From Eledone cirrhosa (lineage: Eukaryota): 64,000 bases of DNA. Made by a program: the position numbers and the translations under genes. Numbering within the stretch: the stretch's first letter is position 1; each line of letters opens with the position of its first letter. Under the pieces are notes generated by a model. It did not search any database and was not told where the DNA came from. It saw only the letters and a program-made list of their open reading frames with translations. The DNA lies in contig OZ024740.1 of assembly GCA_964016885.1 (NCBI GenBank), positions 219,294,001 to 219,358,000 on the forward strand, read 5' to 3'. This document shows positions 62,897 to 64,000 of this stretch, one piece after another.

Positions 62897-63533
62897 TCTC
62901 TATATATAAAACTGAGGATGTCTGTCTGTGTGTGTGTGAGTTTGAATCCCTAAAACTAGAGAAGCACTCAACCGACTGTTTTCAAACTTTACACATGTAA
63001 TACTTATGTTTCAGGGAGTGTTCTGAGCAAAAAGAATTTTTAATTTTCAATGCCCTAGGGACCACATTAGGCAATTTAGCGATCTCTCTCTATAATTCTT
63101 AGTTTTTCTCTTTTTAGATAGATACATACATACATATAACGCTGCGCCCTTATAATATCTGTCTGTATGTCTGACTGTCTGCATTACGTCAATTCCTACA
63201 ATTCCCTCTCCATCCAGAACGCGCCCTTATAATATGTCTGTGTGTCTGGCTGTCTGCTGCCCGCATTAGGTGAAAAACTTCATTTTTTCAGCTTTTTAGG
63301 GCTATTTTGAGACGTTACGTCTAGCCGATTTTACCAAAATTTCAAGGCATATTATGCACATAAAAAAAATTCATTTTCTTGATCCCCTAGGGCCACATTA
63401 GGTGAAAACCTGCATTTTTCCTGCTTCATCGAGGAAAATCTTAAAGATTATCCAGCCATCAGAGTATTCAGTTTATTTTCTTTACATATTGTCCAGGCAT
63501 GCAGTTTTTCCACGATTAGGTCTGTTGGCGGCC
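62897..63533 (+). mobile_element. Helitron, same family as 2362-3134; may continue beyond the window
   Basis: 5' TC terminus after A; high identity to 2362-3087; no CTAG end seen. Confidence 0.8.
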
Positions 63534-64000
63534 CGCGGACCAAAACACACAAACATACTCATAATGATGACAGCCAAGGTGTGTAGCAAATTTGCAATAC
63601 ATATAGACACACACAGATGTAGCGAATATTGGACGCTGCCACTCCCTTCTTCCTAAATTGACCTTATCACCCTTCCTTTCTCAGTTAATGTTATTACCCC
63701 TTACTTCCTCAGTCATCTCTTGTGACGGACAAATACACAAGCATAATATATATTAGTAGATTGGATAGGGGAGTTGAGTCCATTGGGGAAACAGGACCCA
63801 AGGCGGAAAATGAGACTTTGATCAGTCCTGATGTGTGAGGCCTGTTATCTGTGATGTAAAAGGACACCAAGGACTGGGATATATAGGGAAGAGTGACCTG
63901 GAGAACGGAAATGACGGACGATGGGAGTATCTATACCGAATTGTATGTCCCTCAAATGTTCAGCAAAGAGTCTGCCAAATAGCGTCCATTTGTCCAATGT

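Overview
AT-rich, repeat-saturated eukaryotic DNA with no intact host gene that I can support, so most likely intronic or intergenic. The SINE types, RTE LINEs with (GAT)n tails and dense (TA)n/(CA)n/(CAT)n microsatellites suggest a coleoid cephalopod such as octopus; this is inference. Contents: truncated RTE LINEs of three related lineages carrying a PHD-like Cys/His module after the RT; a separate Rex3/Expander-like RTE; two CR1-group 3' fragments; CORE-type and other tRNA-derived SINEs; a DD37D (maT) mariner relic; a Tc2-type element; TTAA and mariner MITEs; and Helitron relics. The main signal is a set of short, mostly unrelated elements embedded in (TA)n that carry minimal type-I hammerhead ribozyme motifs with palindromic stem III (41458-41541, 10497-10585, 10109-10155, decayed 43005-43098). 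Several are fold-backs with a one-sided tail, resembling Penelope-like pseudo-LTR or retrozyme relics. Other signals are tandem co-varying pseudoknot-like modules in the RTE 3'UTRs, SINEs that swapped their terminal stem-loop between partner LINEs, and a tail-to-tail RTE inverted repeat. All coordinates were read by eye and may be off by a few bases.
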